Part shown: one piece after another, positions 1 through 12,556 of the stretch
Position numbering within the stretch: the stretch's first letter is position 1
How the letters are laid out: each line of letters begins with the position of its first letter
Source: an uncultured delta proteobacterium
Lineage (GTDB): Bacteria; Myxococcota; Kuafuiibacteriia; Kuafuiibacteriales; Kuafuiibacteriaceae
Assembly: GCA_963803435.1 (NCBI GenBank)
Contig: CAWDML010000001.1
Span: forward strand, 2,688,001-2,752,000
Direction of reading: 5' to 3'
Length of the DNA stretch: 64,000 bases
Translations under genes and position numbers: made by a program
The notes under the pieces: generated by a model
What the model was told of the DNA's origin: nothing
Seen by the model: the letters and a program-made list of their open reading frames with translations, nothing else
Databases searched by the model: none

Positions 1-1112
1 GAGATCGCACCGAACCGGAGGAACGGGCCGGAACAAGCGCCGCTCCCGCCGACGCAGATGTCCTCGCGGTCGAGCGTGCTCCGCGCGACCGCCGCGTAGA
101 TCATCAGACCCACGCCCGCCGCCGCGCTGGCGACGCCGCCCCAGAAAACGGTCTGCTTCAGCACGAAGCTCACGTTGCTGGGCTTCTTGATCGGCGTCGC
201 GCGCAGCCGGGCAGTCTGGCCGGTCTCGACGACCACCTTGCCCGTGTACTCCTCGAAGTCTTCGCTCCTGAGCGAGATCTGGCGCTCACCCGGGTGAACG
301 TCGAGGATCTTCGCCTTGCCGGCGATGGTGGTGCCGAGGCTGACACCGTCGAGCTCCACCGCAAACGGGACCGCTGCGTCCACGTCGATCTCGATCGAAC
401 CGAAGGGCCGCCACCGTCCCGCCTGCTCGAAGGCTTCGCGCAGGTGGCTCTCGATCAACGCCTGCACGTAGGCGCGGAGCTGCTCGCTGCTCTCCACATG
501 CTCGACGATCGGTGGGCGCGCGATCACCGAGAAGCGCGAGATCTCGTCCTCGACCTCGTCGAGCTCGTCGGACGTGGGCTGCGAGGAGCGAGAGCGCCGC
601 CGGTAGACGTGCTCGAGCGCGTCCTCGACGTCGATCAGGAACGCAGCCAGCCGGTCGCCGCCCTCCGCGGCCGCCGCCGAGATGATCAACAGATAGCGGG
701 GCTGGTTCCGTTTGCCACGGAGCTCGTGCTTGACCTCCGAGTAGGTCGACGGCAGCGACTTCCGCATCGTCATCCACGGCTCGGAGCTCTCCTCGACGAG
801 GCAGGTGAGGCGATGTCGCTTGGCCGAGGACTCGGCGCATCGATCGACGATCGGGTCGTCGAGCTCCGTCACGTCGAGATCGGTGTTCTCCTCCACGGCC
901 GTGTCCACCCAGCGGATGACCTCGGAGAGCGCGACGCTGCCCACGCGCCCGGTGGGCGAGTAGAAGGCGAACTTCATCGGGACCCGGTCGGTGGTCGCCC
1001 GATAAACGCCGCTCTTGGGCGGTTCTTCGGCGTGAATCGGGAGGGGAGCGATGACCGACGCCAGCAAGCTGCACGCCGCGAGCCGGAGGCATCCGCGCAA
1101 GCCGGGCCCCAT
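1..1112 (-). CDS. PEGA-domain membrane/secreted protein, truncated by window edge
   Basis: Own translation from ATG at 1112: MGPGLRGCLRLAACSLLASVIAPLPIHA (signal-like), later PEGA-like FAVELDGVSLGTTIAGKAKILDVHPGERQISLRSEDFEEYTGKVVVETGQTARL, then TM helix VFWGGVASAAAGVGLMIYAAV. Open to position 1; absent from the ORF track. Confidence 0.7.
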   Translation of the reverse strand, partial: MGPGLRGCLRLAACSLLASVIAPLPIHAEEPPKSGVYRATTDRVPMKFAFYSPTGRVGSVALSEVIRWVDTAVEENTDLDVTELDDPIVDRCAESSAKRHRLTCLVEESSEPWMTMRKSLPSTYSEVKHELRGKRNQPRYLLIISAAAAEGGDRLAAFLIDVEDALEHVYRRRSRSSQPTSDELDEVEDEISRFSVIARPPIVEHVESSEQLRAYVQALIESHLREAFEQAGRWRPFGSIEIDVDAAVPFAVELDGVSLGTTIAGKAKILDVHPGERQISLRSEDFEEYTGKVVVETGQTARLRATPIKKPSNVSFVLKQTVFWGGVASAAAGVGLMIYAAVARSTLDREDICVGGSGACSGPFLRFGAI

Positions 1113-1150
1113 GCTAGACGAAGGCGGCGATCGCTGGAAGTATCCAACCC

Positions 1151-2821
1151 GTGGGCGATGAACGGCATCAAGCCTACATCGTCATTCACGGCCCCGGTCA
1201 TGATGGGACGACGCTCCCCCTCCGGGAGGGCATCACGTCGTTCGGTCGCCTCCCGTCGAACGACGTCATCCTGCTCGGCGATCTGGTGAGCCGCCACCAC
1301 TCCCGCATCACCTTCTTCGAGGGCCGCGCCACCCTCCAGGATCTCGGATCGCACAACGGCTCGTGGGTCAACGGGGAGCGCGTCACCTCGCGCGTGATGA
1401 AGCCCGGCGACCTGGCCCGCGTCGGCAACTTCCGCATCGCCTTCCACGCGGGCGCCGTTCAGCCCAACAAGCCCGGCTACGACGAGACCACCGCGGCGGA
1501 GAAGAGCAGCAGCAACACCTCCAGCGCCCAGCAGCCCATGCAGCCGAGCCGCTCCGTGCTGATCCGGGAGATCGAGCAAGCGCGCTCGGGCGAGGCCGGC
1601 GGCGCCCGCGCGCTCCACCTGCTCTACCGCGCGAGCGACGCGCTGGCCCGGGCGGTCGACGTGAAGAGCTACATGGTCGACATTCTCAGCCTCACGCTCG
1701 AGCAGATCCCGGGCGACCTCGCCGCCTACGTCGCCACCGACGACACGACCCCGGGAGCAAGCGGAGCGCGCAGCGAGCGCCTGCGAGCGGAGCCGGGTGC
1801 GAGGGCCTCGACCGAGCGGGCCCCGGAGATCATCGCCGCGGTCGGTCCCTCGGGGGAGATCTCGGACGCGCTGGTCTCCACGAGCGTCGTGCGATGGGTG
1901 ACGACCAAGAACTTTCCCGTCACCACCGACGACGTCGCCGCCGATCTTCGCTTCGGCGGCCCGCCGAGCGGTCAATCCGGGCCCAACGCCGTCATGTGCG
2001 TCCCGGTGACCGGCGAGGCCGGCGTCCTCGGCGCGCTCTACGTCGCGCGCAATACCGGCGAACGATCGGGTGGTCCCTTCGCCGACGCCGAGCTCGACGC
2101 GCTCTCCGCGATCGCGCACCTGGCGATCGTGGGGATCGAGCGCGCCGAGGCGCGGCACTCCGAGGTGGCGCGCGGGGCCACCAAGGACGCCCTCGCCCGC
2201 TTCCTCTCGCCCGACGTGGTCGAGCTCTACACGCGGCACCGCGGACCCAAGCTCGAGCCCAAGACCGCCACGGTGCTGGTGGCCGACATCCAGGGCCTCA
2301 CCGGAGCGATCGAGCGGATCGCGATGGACCAGGTCACCGAGTTCCTCAGCCGCTACGTCTCGCAGCTCGAGGAGATCGTCCATCGCCAGCACGGCACCAT
2401 CGATCGGGTGGTCGGGAGCCAGATCATCGCCACGTTCGGCGCGCCCTTCTCTCACGGCAACGACGCCGCCCGCGCGGTCGCCGCCGCCACGGAAATGCGC
2501 GCCGCCGTGGACGCGTTGGTGAAACAGAGACCGAGCTTCTCCAACCGGCGGCTGAGCCTGGGGCTCGAGACCGGCTGGCTCTTGGCCGGCCTCGTCGGCA
2601 CGGGTGACCGGCTGACCTACACGATCGCGGGTGACCCGGTCCACACGGCGGTCCGGCTCGAGAGCTCGGCGGCGCCCGGCGCCATCCTCATCGGTGAGGC
2701 GACCGTGTCGGCCGTGCAGTCGCTGTTCGAGGTGAAGAAGCTCGGTGTGGCCCAGGTCCGCGGTCGCACGGAGCCGATCCGCGTTTACGAGGTGGTGGGG
2801 CGCAAGACCGCCCGGCGCTAG
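1151..2821 (+). CDS. FHA-GAF-class III nucleotide cyclase-like protein (catalytic residues degenerate)
   Basis: FHA motifs FGR, VSRHHS, DLGSHNGSWVNG; GAF MCVPV...VLGALYV; cyclase-like ATVLVADIQGLT and YTIAGDPVHTAVRLES. Confidence 0.88.
   Translation: MGDERHQAYIVIHGPGHDGTTLPLREGITSFGRLPSNDVILLGDLVSRHHSRITFFEGRATLQDLGSHNGSWVNGERVTSRVMKPGDLARVGNFRIAFHAGAVQPNKPGYDETTAAEKSSSNTSSAQQPMQPSRSVLIREIEQARSGEAGGARALHLLYRASDALARAVDVKSYMVDILSLTLEQIPGDLAAYVATDDTTPGASGARSERLRAEPGARASTERAPEIIAAVGPSGEISDALVSTSVVRWVTTKNFPVTTDDVAADLRFGGPPSGQSGPNAVMCVPVTGEAGVLGALYVARNTGERSGGPFADAELDALSAIAHLAIVGIERAEARHSEVARGATKDALARFLSPDVVELYTRHRGPKLEPKTATVLVADIQGLTGAIERIAMDQVTEFLSRYVSQLEEIVHRQHGTIDRVVGSQIIATFGAPFSHGNDAARAVAAATEMRAAVDALVKQRPSFSNRRLSLGLETGWLLAGLVGTGDRLTYTIAGDPVHTAVRLESSAAPGAILIGEATVSAVQSLFEVKKLGVAQVRGRTEPIRVYEVVGRKTARR
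1749..1826 (+). repeat. Dispersed short repeat copy, 72-nt in-frame insertion within the GAF region
   Basis: GCAAGCGGAGCGCGCAGCGAG...GCGAGCGGAGCCGGGTG...CCGAGCGGGCCCCG aligns to the reverse complement of the 78-nt unit at 33664. CCCCGG occurs at 1749 and 1821, 72 nt apart. Confidence 0.8.
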
Positions 2822-2845
2822 TTCGCTTATAGTGGAACGCACGGG

Positions 2846-4549
2846 ATGACTCCCGACGACATCGACGACGAGCCGTTCGAGGGTTCACTGCCGGTCCTCG
2901 AGAAGTACTCGATCCTGCGGAAGCTGGCCGCGGGCGGGATGGCGTCGATCTACGTCGCCGAGCGCAAGGGCTCCGACGAGATCTGCGTCGTCAAGACGCT
3001 GCATGATCACCTCGCGCAGGACTCGGTGGTCGGGAACCGCTTCCTCCGCGAGGCGCGGGTCGCCTCCGAGCTCACGCACCCCAACATCGCCCGACTGACC
3101 GACGCCAAGAGCGAGCGCGGCGTCTTCTACCTGGCGATGGAGTACATTGCCGGGCACGACCTCGAGTCGATGATGTTCCGGCTGATGGAGCAGCGGAAGA
3201 TGCTCCCGCCGGAGCTCTCGATCCGCGTCACCCTCGACGTTCTGGAAGGCCTCCACTACGCCCACGAGTACACGGACGCCGACGGCCGGCACCTCGAGAT
3301 CGTCCACCGCGATCTGTCCCCACGCAACGTGATGATCACGTACGAGGGCGACGTGAAGATCATCGACTTCGGGCTTGCGCGCACCAACCTGGGCGAGTTC
3401 CGCACCGCGCCGGGGATGGTGCTCGGCACGCTGCGCTACATGTCTCCGGAGCAGGCGGTGGCCGAGCCGGTCGATCGCCGCAGCGACATCTACTCCTGGT
3501 CGGTCGTGCTCTACGAGATGCTCTCCGGACGCCCGCTGGTGATGGGCAACAACGCGCAAGAGATCTTGCACACGGTGGTGACGCGAATACCGCCACCGCT
3601 GTCGACGTTGAACGGTCACCTGCCGAAGGCGCTGGACGCCGTGCTCGCCACCGGGATGGCCAAGGAGCGGGAGGCGCGTTTTTCCACCGCGAAGGAGATG
3701 GCGCTCGCGATCGAGGCGGCGGCACCGGAGCTGTGCCGGACCAAGCGCCACAAGATCGGTCGGTTCGTCGCGGCCGTGTTCCCCGACGAGCGGATCGACG
3801 CCGACGATCTGACCCAGCGCTCCACGTCGGAGGACGGCCCGGACTACGAGCCGACACGCGCCGGTCAGAGCATCCTCGAGGCGGGGGTCCCCGCGCAGCT
3901 CGAGCCGGTGCCCGTACCGGAGGCGCTGTCGCTCTCGGATCCTGAGCCCGAGCACTACGCGCCCACGAACGTCTACGTGGCTCCCACGCGCGTCTACTCG
4001 TCGCCGGCGGTGATGCCGCCGCCGCCGGCCGGCCGCCGCAACCTCCTCTGGGCGACCGTGCTGCTGGCGGTCGCCAGCCTGGTCGCGACCCTCGCGACCG
4101 TGGCGATCGCCCCCAAAGAGGAGGTGGCCGTCGCCGTCTCTCCACCCGACCCCGTGGTGGAGAGCCCAGGGCCGACCGTGGTGGTCGATGTGCCGGCACC
4201 CGCTGCACCGCCGCCGCCGGTGCGCCCGACCCCACCGCAGGTGGAGCACCGGGTCGCTCCCACGCCGAAGCCGAAGCCTCCGGTGCGGGAGAAGGTGAAG
4301 GCGGCGCCGCCGCGGTCGACGAAACGCGCCGCATCGGGCACACCTGGCAAGTATCCTTGGGAGACGGCGGTGAGCGAGCGGCTGAAAGCGGGACGGGAGG
4401 TCGAGGCGTCCCAGATCCTCCAAGATCGGGCGGCGGAGATCGGCGCAGCGCGCGCCAAGCGATGCGCGTATGATGCCGTGTTCTGGGGACGTCCGCTCGG
4501 CCCCTGTGTCGAGGTGCTGCGCGCGGCCGAGCAAGAGGCGAGGCGATGA
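2846..4549 (+). CDS. Hanks-type Ser/Thr protein kinase with TM helix and Pro-rich C-terminal region
   Basis: LAAGGMASIY, CVVK, HRDLSPRN, DFG, GTLRYMSPE; hydrophobic LLWATVLLAVASLVATLATVAI. Confidence 0.93.
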   Translation: MTPDDIDDEPFEGSLPVLEKYSILRKLAAGGMASIYVAERKGSDEICVVKTLHDHLAQDSVVGNRFLREARVASELTHPNIARLTDAKSERGVFYLAMEYIAGHDLESMMFRLMEQRKMLPPELSIRVTLDVLEGLHYAHEYTDADGRHLEIVHRDLSPRNVMITYEGDVKIIDFGLARTNLGEFRTAPGMVLGTLRYMSPEQAVAEPVDRRSDIYSWSVVLYEMLSGRPLVMGNNAQEILHTVVTRIPPPLSTLNGHLPKALDAVLATGMAKEREARFSTAKEMALAIEAAAPELCRTKRHKIGRFVAAVFPDERIDADDLTQRSTSEDGPDYEPTRAGQSILEAGVPAQLEPVPVPEALSLSDPEPEHYAPTNVYVAPTRVYSSPAVMPPPPAGRRNLLWATVLLAVASLVATLATVAIAPKEEVAVAVSPPDPVVESPGPTVVVDVPAPAAPPPPVRPTPPQVEHRVAPTPKPKPPVREKVKAAPPRSTKRAASGTPGKYPWETAVSERLKAGREVEASQILQDRAAEIGAARAKRCAYDAVFWGRPLGPCVEVLRAAEQEARR

Positions 4550-4935
4550 GTCTGAGGGATCGGTTGTTCAACGTCGCGAAGGCCGAGCTCAAGGGCGCGG
4601 CTCGCAAGATCCGCGAGGCGGCCGACGATCTGCTGGGCGAGCGCACCACCGAGCCGCGCGCGCGCTTCGACTTCGAGGATGAGGACTACGAGCCGCCCGT
4701 GACCTCGGCGAACGACCGCGAGTCCGCGGAGATCCGCAGGTACTACGCCAACCTCGAGCTCCCGATCGGCGCCACGCTGCCCGAGGTGAAGGCGGCCTAC
4801 CGCCGGCTGATGCGGCGCTATCATCCGGATCGACACCAGACCGATCCCGAGCGCGCGAAGGCCGCGAACGAGCTGGCGCAGCGACTCCGCGAGGCCTACG
4901 AGGGCCTCACCGCGCACCTCGGCCAGGGTCGCTGA
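4546..4935 (+). CDS. C-terminal J-domain (DnaJ-like) protein
   Basis: YYANLEL...VKAAYRRLMRRYHPDR with HPD motif; ATGA overlap with the kinase. Confidence 0.9.
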   Translation: MSLRDRLFNVAKAELKGAARKIREAADDLLGERTTEPRARFDFEDEDYEPPVTSANDRESAEIRRYYANLELPIGATLPEVKAAYRRLMRRYHPDRHQTDPERAKAANELAQRLREAYEGLTAHLGQGR

Positions 4936-5491
4936 TCGTCGCGCTCGCCGCGCCTTCGACCTCGAGCTCACCTTTGCGGGGCTGTCCGGTGAGCCGGCCG
5001 CCGGTCGCGTGGAAGTTGTCCCCCTCGATCTCTACCGGGGCGCTCGTCTCGAGCCGATCCGCCGACGAGTCGTACTGGAGCGTCTCCGTTCGAAGCGTCC
5101 GCCCTGCGCGATCCCGGATCTCGACGCCGCCCTCGAGCTGCACCTGGCGGGAGCGGAGGTCGGATACCATACGGGGGGCGGTGACCCTCGCCTCGACCAC
5201 CGTATCCTGGTCGAGCACCTCGGCCTCGATCGTTTCGCCGAGCACCTGTCCGGAATCCCGGTCGAGGCGGGCCGTTCGGATGCGTGCGCGATGACGGAGG
5301 TGATCCTTCTCGAAGCGATCGACGCGGACGCCCTCGAAGAAGACCTGGTTCTCCGCGGGCTTCGTGCGGCCGGTCGGAACCGCGCGCGGTGACGTCGAGC
5401 ATCCCAGAGACGCGACGACCGCCAGCTTGATCAGAAACCCCCTATTTCGTTCCTGCTTGAAGGCGATGGTCGAAGGTTGTACCACGTTCAC
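4907..5491 (-). CDS. lptC: LPS export periplasmic protein LptC-like (start uncertain)
   Basis: Beta-jellyroll pattern VQLEGGVEIRD...TLRTETLQYD...LETSAPVEIEG; lipobox-like SLGC. Confidence 0.65.
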   Translation of the reverse strand: MNVVQPSTIAFKQERNRGFLIKLAVVASLGCSTSPRAVPTGRTKPAENQVFFEGVRVDRFEKDHLRHRARIRTARLDRDSGQVLGETIEAEVLDQDTVVEARVTAPRMVSDLRSRQVQLEGGVEIRDRAGRTLRTETLQYDSSADRLETSAPVEIEGDNFHATGGRLTGQPRKGELEVEGAASATISDPGRGAR

Positions 5492-5508
5492 GAAAATCAG
5501 GTGGTTAG

Positions 5509-7378
5509 ATGTCTACCGCACCCAATGATGTAGTTCCGCTTCCCAAAAAAACACGCCCCAACGTCGACCTGGACTCGGCCGTCATCCGCTTCACCGGCGA
5601 CTCCGGTGACGGCATGCAGCTGACCGGCTCGCAGTTCACGAACACCTCGGCCATCGTCGGGAACGACCTCGCGACGTTCCCGGACTTCCCGGCCGAGATC
5701 CGTGCCCCCGCGGGAACGACCTTCGGCGTCTCCGGATTCCAGCTCAACTTCGCCGCACGCGACATCTACACCCCAGGCGATCAGCCGGATGTCCTGGTCG
5801 CGATGAACCCGGCCGCCCTGAAGATGAACATCGCCGACCTGAAAGCCGGCGGCATCCTCATCGTCAACGCGGACGCGTTCACCAAGGCGAACCTGGATCG
5901 CGCCGGCTTCACCGAGAGCCCGCTGGCCAACGGGAGCCTCTCCTCCTACCGGCTCTTCTCGCTCCCGATCACCGCCCAGGTGGAGGGTGCCCTCAAGGAC
6001 ACCGGCCTCAGCTTCAAGGAGATCGGGCGCGCCAAGAACTTCTGGACACTCGGCCTCCTCTACTACCTATACAGCCGGCCGCTCGAGCCCACGCTCAAGT
6101 TCATCGAGAACCAGTTCCGGGCCAAGGCACCGCAGATCGCGGAGGGCAACCGGCTTGCGCTCAAGGCCGGCTACCTCTACGGCGAGATCTCCGAGATCTT
6201 CCAGGAGACCTACGAGGTCCGGGCCGCCAAGCTCGCGCCTGGTCTCTACCGCAACATCAGCGGGAACCAGGCGACGGCCTGGGGCGCCGTGGCGGCGGCC
6301 GAGAAGGCCGGCATCCCCGCATTCTACGGCAGCTATCCGATCACGCCCGCCTCGGACGTGCTCCACGAGCTCTCGCGCTACAAGCACCACAACGTCGTCA
6401 CCTTCCAGGCGGAAGACGAGATCGCGGCGGTCACCAGCGCGATCGGGGCGGCCTTTGCAGGCCACCTTGCGATCACGGGATCGTCGGGTCCGGGCGTGGC
6501 GCTCAAGGGTGAGGCGATCGGCCTCGCCGTCTCGGTGGAGCTGCCGCTGATCATCATCAACGTGCAGCGCGGTGGCCCGTCGACCGGCCTCCCCACCAAG
6601 ACCGAGCAGGCTGACCTCTTCCAGGCGATCTACGGGAGAAACGGCGAATGCCCCGCGGCAGTGGTGGCGGCGGCGACGCCCTCCGACTGCTTCCTGATGA
6701 TGATGGAAGCGGCCCGGCTGGCGCTGAAGTACATGACGCCGGTCTTCCTCTTGACCGACGGCTATCTCGCCAACGGGTCCGAGCCGTGGCGCATCCCCAA
6801 CGTCGAGGACCTCCCGGACGTCCGCGCGGAGTTCTGGACCGAGACGGAGGGCTTCTTCCCGTTCCGCCGCAATCCGGAGACGCTGGCGCGCGCCTGGGCA
6901 GTCCCCGGCACGCCCGGTCTCGAGCATCGGATCGGCGGCCTCGAGAAAGACCACGACTCGGGCCACATCTCGTACGATCCGATCAACCACGAGCGGATGG
7001 TCCGGACCCGCCAGCGGAAGATCGACAACATCGCCAACGACATCCCGCTCGCAGAGGTGATGGGCTCGCCGGACGGGGGCAAGCTGCTGATGGTCGGCTG
7101 GGGCTCGACCTACGGCGCGATCCGTCAGGCGGTGCACATCGCGCGGGAGAAGAAGCTCGACGTCTCGCATCTTCACCTCCGGTATCTGAACCCACTCCCG
7201 AGGAACCTCGAGGAGGTCCTCAAGCGCTACGACAAGATCGTGGTGCCGGAGATGAACATGGGTCAGCTCGTGAACATCCTCCGCGCGAAGTTCCTGGTGC
7301 CTGCGCGCGGTCACAACAAGATTCAGGGCAAGCCGTTCAAGGTCGAGGAGATCTTGGCCCGTATCAACCAGGAGCTGA

Positions 7379-7386
<8 letters not shown>
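5509..7386 (+). CDS. korA: 2-oxoacid:acceptor oxidoreductase alpha subunit (gamma-alpha fusion)
   Basis: IRFTGDSGDGMQLTG, YPITPAS, QAEDEIAA, SSGPG, QRGGPSTGLPTKTEQ. Confidence 0.95.
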
Positions 7387-8424
<1,038 letters not shown>

Positions 8425-8428
<4 letters not shown>

Positions 8429-9475
8429 CCGATCGATCCCTCGGTCGTCTCTGGGCGCGCTCTCCGTCGATGATCGCGGTCCTCGACCGAATCAGCGAGG
8501 TCGCGTCGAGCGACGCCTCGATCATCATCGAAGGTGAGACGGGCACCGGCAAGGAGCTGGTCGCCGAGGCCATCCACGAGCGCTCCGGCCGCGCCGGCAA
8601 GCCGTACATCGTCGTCGACTGCGCCTCGATCCCGCGCGAGCTGATCGAGTCGGAGATGTTCGGGCACACCAAGGGCGCGTTCACCGGCGCCACCACCGAT
8701 CGGCGCGGTGCCTTCGAGGATGCGGACGGCGGCACGATCTTCATCGACGAGATCGGAGAGCTCCCGTTGGATCTGCAGCCGCGCCTCCTGCGCGTGCTCG
8801 AGAAGCAGGAGGTGCGGCCGGTCGGCTCCAACGCCGTCAAGATGATCGATGTCCGCGTGGTGTGCGCCACCAACCGCGATCTGCTGCGCGAGGTGAGAGA
8901 GGGCCGCTTCCGCGAGGACCTCTACTTCCGCCTGAACGTCCTCAAGGTTCGGCTGCCTCCCCTCCGCGAGCGTCGCGAGGACGTGGTCCTGCTCGCCGAG
9001 CGCTGGCTCGCCGAGATGGCCGGTGCGTCCGGCCCGATCGATCTCAAGGAGGAGACCCGCCAGAGGCTCCTCGAGCACTCGTGGCCGGGCAACGTCCGCG
9101 AGCTGAGGAACGTCATCGACCGCGGAGCCGCCCTCTCCGACAAGCAGTTCCGCCTCCCGGAGGACTTCGCGCGCTCCGTAGAGCTCGACGGCCTGGGCGG
9201 CCGAGCCCCCGGCGCCGGGATTCGGGCTCGTCGACGGCCTGGTGCCCTCCGCCCCTGTCGACCGCGCGGCGCGCCTGGGGGAGATCACCCGCCCGCTGTG
9301 GACCGGCAAGCGCTACAAGGACGCGAAGGACGCCGTCATGTCCGACTTCGAGCAAGGCTACATCCTCGACCTGCTCGACGCGCACAGCGGGAACGTCTCC
9401 GCCGCCGCACGCGCCGCCGGGATCCATCGCAACATCCTGCACCGCATGATGGCGCGCTACGGCATCACCCGCTGA
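8425..9475 (+). CDS. Sigma-54 activator (AAA+ plus Fis-type HTH, no N-terminal sensor); frameshift near 9197
   Basis: [29 protein letters not shown]. The HTH ([21 protein letters not shown]) is in the next frame (ORF 9242..9475). Confidence 0.85.
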
Positions 9476-9548
9476 GCGGGCGGCAAGCGAAGCGCGCAGC
9501 GAGCCCTGGAGCGAAGACGGGAGGAGGGCTTCGCCAGGCCGGCGGGCG
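9476..9548 (+). repeat. Dispersed short repeat copy, intergenic, 66-nt unit
   Basis: GCAAGCGAAGCGCGCAGCGAGCCCTGGAGCGAAGACGGG from 9483. GCGGGCG occurs at 9476 and 9542. Starts immediately after TGA 9473-9475. Confidence 0.78.
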
Positions 9549-9579
9549 TACCTCGCGGCGCCGTGTTACGTTTCCACCC

Positions 9580-11032
9580 GTGCACCAGGCGAGGCCGCTT
9601 CGCCAGCAGCTCTTCGCGCTCCTGGTGGTGCCTGCGTTCCTCGTGGTCGCAGCGGTCGCCTATCTCGCGGATCAAGCCGCGAAGGAGTCGCTCGAGTCGG
9701 CGCTGGCGGATCGGCTGACCGCGATCGCCCAGTCGAGCGCGCTCCTGGTCGGCTATCACGTCACGCTGCTCGAGCCCGGTGACGACGGCGCCCGGCTGGC
9801 GCAGAACGCCCGCGCGAAGCTGGCCGAGCTGAAAGCGACCACCAAGGTCGCCCGCATCCTGGTGCTGACCCGGGCCAACGAGGCGCTGATCGACAGCGAC
9901 GGTGAGCTCGAGATCGGCGATCCATACCTGCGGGCCCGCTTCGACGTGCCCGAGCTGGAGAAGGTGATCGCCGGCCGCGCGACGGCCTCGGTCCTGTTCC
10001 AGGGCAAGGACGGTCGACCGTACAAGACGGGCTACGCGCCGCTCCTGGACGAGCAGAGCCACGTGGTCGGCTACGTCGCGGTGCAGGCCGCCGCGGACTA
10101 CACGGACGCGCTCGAGGATCTCAGGGCCGCCGTCGGGGGGATCGCGGTGTTCGGGCTACTGCTCCTGATCGTCGCCTCGATCATCAGCGCAAGGCGGGTT
10201 GCGGTCCCTCTCTCGAACCTCTCCGACGCGGCCGAGCGGATCGGCCAGGGGCGGCTCGACACCGAGATCCCGTCCGAAGGGCCTCGCGAAGCGGTGGTGC
10301 TGGCCCAGACGATGCGCTCGATGACGGCCTCGCTCCGGGCGCGCGACGAGGAGATGCAGATGATGCTGGCCGGGATCGCGCACGAGGTCCGGAATCCGCT
10401 GGGCGGGATCGAGCTCTTCGGGGGCCTCCTGCGGGAGGATCTCGGACTCGGACGATCCGCGGCGGAAGCATGTCGAGAAGATCCTTCGCGAGCTGGGCGT
10501 GCTGGCGCGGGTGGTCAACGACTTCCTCGACTTCGCGCGCAAGCGACCGCACGAGCCCGTCGAGACCGACGTTTACGAGCTCCTCTTCGAGGCGGTGTCG
10601 CTGGCGGAGAAGGACGCTTCCGACAAGGAGGTCCGGCTCGAGCTCGAGGCACCGAAGGCGCTGCGCTTCCCCGTCGACGCCGAGTCGCTGAAGCGCGCCC
10701 TGCTGAACCTGCTCAAGAACGCGATCCAGGCGGTGCCGAAGGGCGGACGGGTCCGGCTCTCCGCGCTCGCCGACGGCGACCTCGAGATCCGCGTCAGCGA
10801 CGACGGGCCCGGTGTCCCGGAGGAGAAGCGGGAGGAGATCTTCGCGCCCTTCTTCACCACCAAGCAGAAAGGAACCGGCCTCGGCCTGGCCCTGGTGCGG
10901 AAGACCATCCTTGCCCACGGCGGCGACATTCGAGTGGAAGCGTCCGACAACGGCGGCGCCTGCTTCGTCCTCCGCTTGCCGCACTTTCCGGAGTCACGTA
11001 GTGGAGGAGAGTCATGGCGAACATCCTCGTGA
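9580..11032 (+). CDS. HAMP-domain sensor histidine kinase; frameshift near 10445
   Basis: Two TM helices, HAMP, H-box IAHEVRNPL. N/G boxes (NLLKNAIQA, DDGPG, FFTTK, GTGLGL) are in ORF 10499..11032. Confidence 0.87.
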
Positions 11033-12429
11033 TCGATGACAACGACACGCTGCGTGAGGGCGTCGTGGTGGTCTGTCAGCGCCTGCGGCACGACGTCCAG
11101 GAGGCCTCCTCGGGAGTGGCCGGGATGAAGATGCTCGACGCGCACAAGTTCGACCTGGTCCTCACCGACCTGAAGATGGACGAGCTCGACGGGATCGGCG
11201 TCCTCAAGGGCGTCAAGGACAGGTCGCCCGAGACGGTCGTCATGATCATCACCGCCTACGCGTCGATCGAGACCGCGGTCGAAGCCATCAAGCTGGGCGC
11301 GTTCGACTACATCGAGAAGCCGTTCTCACCGGACACGCTGCGGATCAAGGTCGAGCGCGCCCTCGAGTTCTCGCGGATGCAGGCCAGCAACGAGCGTCTG
11401 GCCGAGACCAACGAGGTGCTGCGCGGGCGCCGTGACGGGCCGCCGGAGGGGATCATCGCCGAGAGCAGCTCGATGAAGCGCATCCTCCAGATGGTCGACA
11501 AGGTCGCGGGCAGCAACACCAACGTGCACATCTACGGCGAGTCCGGCACCGGCAAGGAGGTGATCGCGAGCGCCATCCACGAGCGGTCGGATCGCGCGGG
11601 TGGTCCGCTGATCAAGGTCAACTGCGGCGCGATCCCCGAGACGCTGATCGAGAGCGAGCTGTTCGGTCACGAGAGAGGCGCATTCACCGGCGCGATCAAG
11701 AAGAAGCTGGGGCGCTTCGAGCTCGCGGACGGCGGCACGATCTTCCTCGACGAGATCGGCGAGCTCCCGCCGGCGATGCAGGTGAAGCTGCTGAGGGTGC
11801 TCCAGGAGAAGGAGATCGATCGCGTCGGCGGCGAACGGCCGACCAAGGTCGACGTACGCGTCGTCTCCGCGACCAACCGAGATCTCCAGCACGAGGTCGA
11901 AGGCGGGCGCTTTCGAGAGGATCTCTTCTACCGGCTCCACGTCGTTCCGATCACGCTCCCTCCGCTCCGCGAGCGCACCGACGACATCATCCCGCTGGGC
12001 CGCTTCTTCCTGAAGAAGCTGAAGCACCGCACAAACTCGGAGGTCACGGGGCTGTCGCGCGACGCCGAGCAACACCTCCTCAGCTACCACTACCCGGGCA
12101 ACGTTCGAGAGCTCGAGAACATCATCGAGCAGGCGATGGTGTTCGCGAGCCCGCCGGAGATCCAGGTCGACGATCTCCCGCCCCAGGTCTCGGGCGCGAA
12201 GCCGAAGGAGAACACGTTCCAGATCCCCGCAGGCGACATCGGGCTGAACGAGTTTCTCGAGAACGCCGAGCGCCAGATGATCCTCCGGGCCTACGCGCGC
12301 GCGAACGGCGTGAAGACCGAGTGCGCCAAGCTCCTCAAGATCAAGACGAGCGCGCTGTACTACAAGCTCGAGAAGTACGGGGTGGGGACGGTCGCCGGGC
12401 GCAACCTGGACGATGAGCCCAAGGACTGA
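11014..12429 (+). CDS. NtrC/AtoC-type sigma-54 response regulator (REC-AAA-HTH)
   Basis: [36 protein letters not shown]-terminal HTH. Confidence 0.95.
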   Translation: MANILVIDDNDTLREGVVVVCQRLRHDVQEASSGVAGMKMLDAHKFDLVLTDLKMDELDGIGVLKGVKDRSPETVVMIITAYASIETAVEAIKLGAFDYIEKPFSPDTLRIKVERALEFSRMQASNERLAETNEVLRGRRDGPPEGIIAESSSMKRILQMVDKVAGSNTNVHIYGESGTGKEVIASAIHERSDRAGGPLIKVNCGAIPETLIESELFGHERGAFTGAIKKKLGRFELADGGTIFLDEIGELPPAMQVKLLRVLQEKEIDRVGGERPTKVDVRVVSATNRDLQHEVEGGRFREDLFYRLHVVPITLPPLRERTDDIIPLGRFFLKKLKHRTNSEVTGLSRDAEQHLLSYHYPGNVRELENIIEQAMVFASPPEIQVDDLPPQVSGAKPKENTFQIPAGDIGLNEFLENAERQMILRAYARANGVKTECAKLLKIKTSALYYKLEKYGVGTVAGRNLDDEPKD

Positions 12430-12445
12430 GAATGGTTCGGGTTTC

Positions 12446-12539
12446 TGTGTCGCACGCGAGACGATCTCTCAAAGTTTTGAGGATCGCGGGCCTGAAAGAG
12501 GCCTGATCATGCCGGCGGCACCCGGGAACGCGGCTTGCT
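12446..12539 (+). promoter_or_regulatory. Putative sigma-54 promoter with upstream dyads
   Basis: GG(12525-26)-N10-GC(12537-38) in GGAACGCGGCTTGCT. Palindrome CTCAAA-GT-TTTGAG at 12468-12481 and imperfect dyad GTCGCACGCGAGAC near 12449-12462. Confidence 0.55.
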
Positions 12540-12556
12540 TCCTCGGGGAGTGGCCC

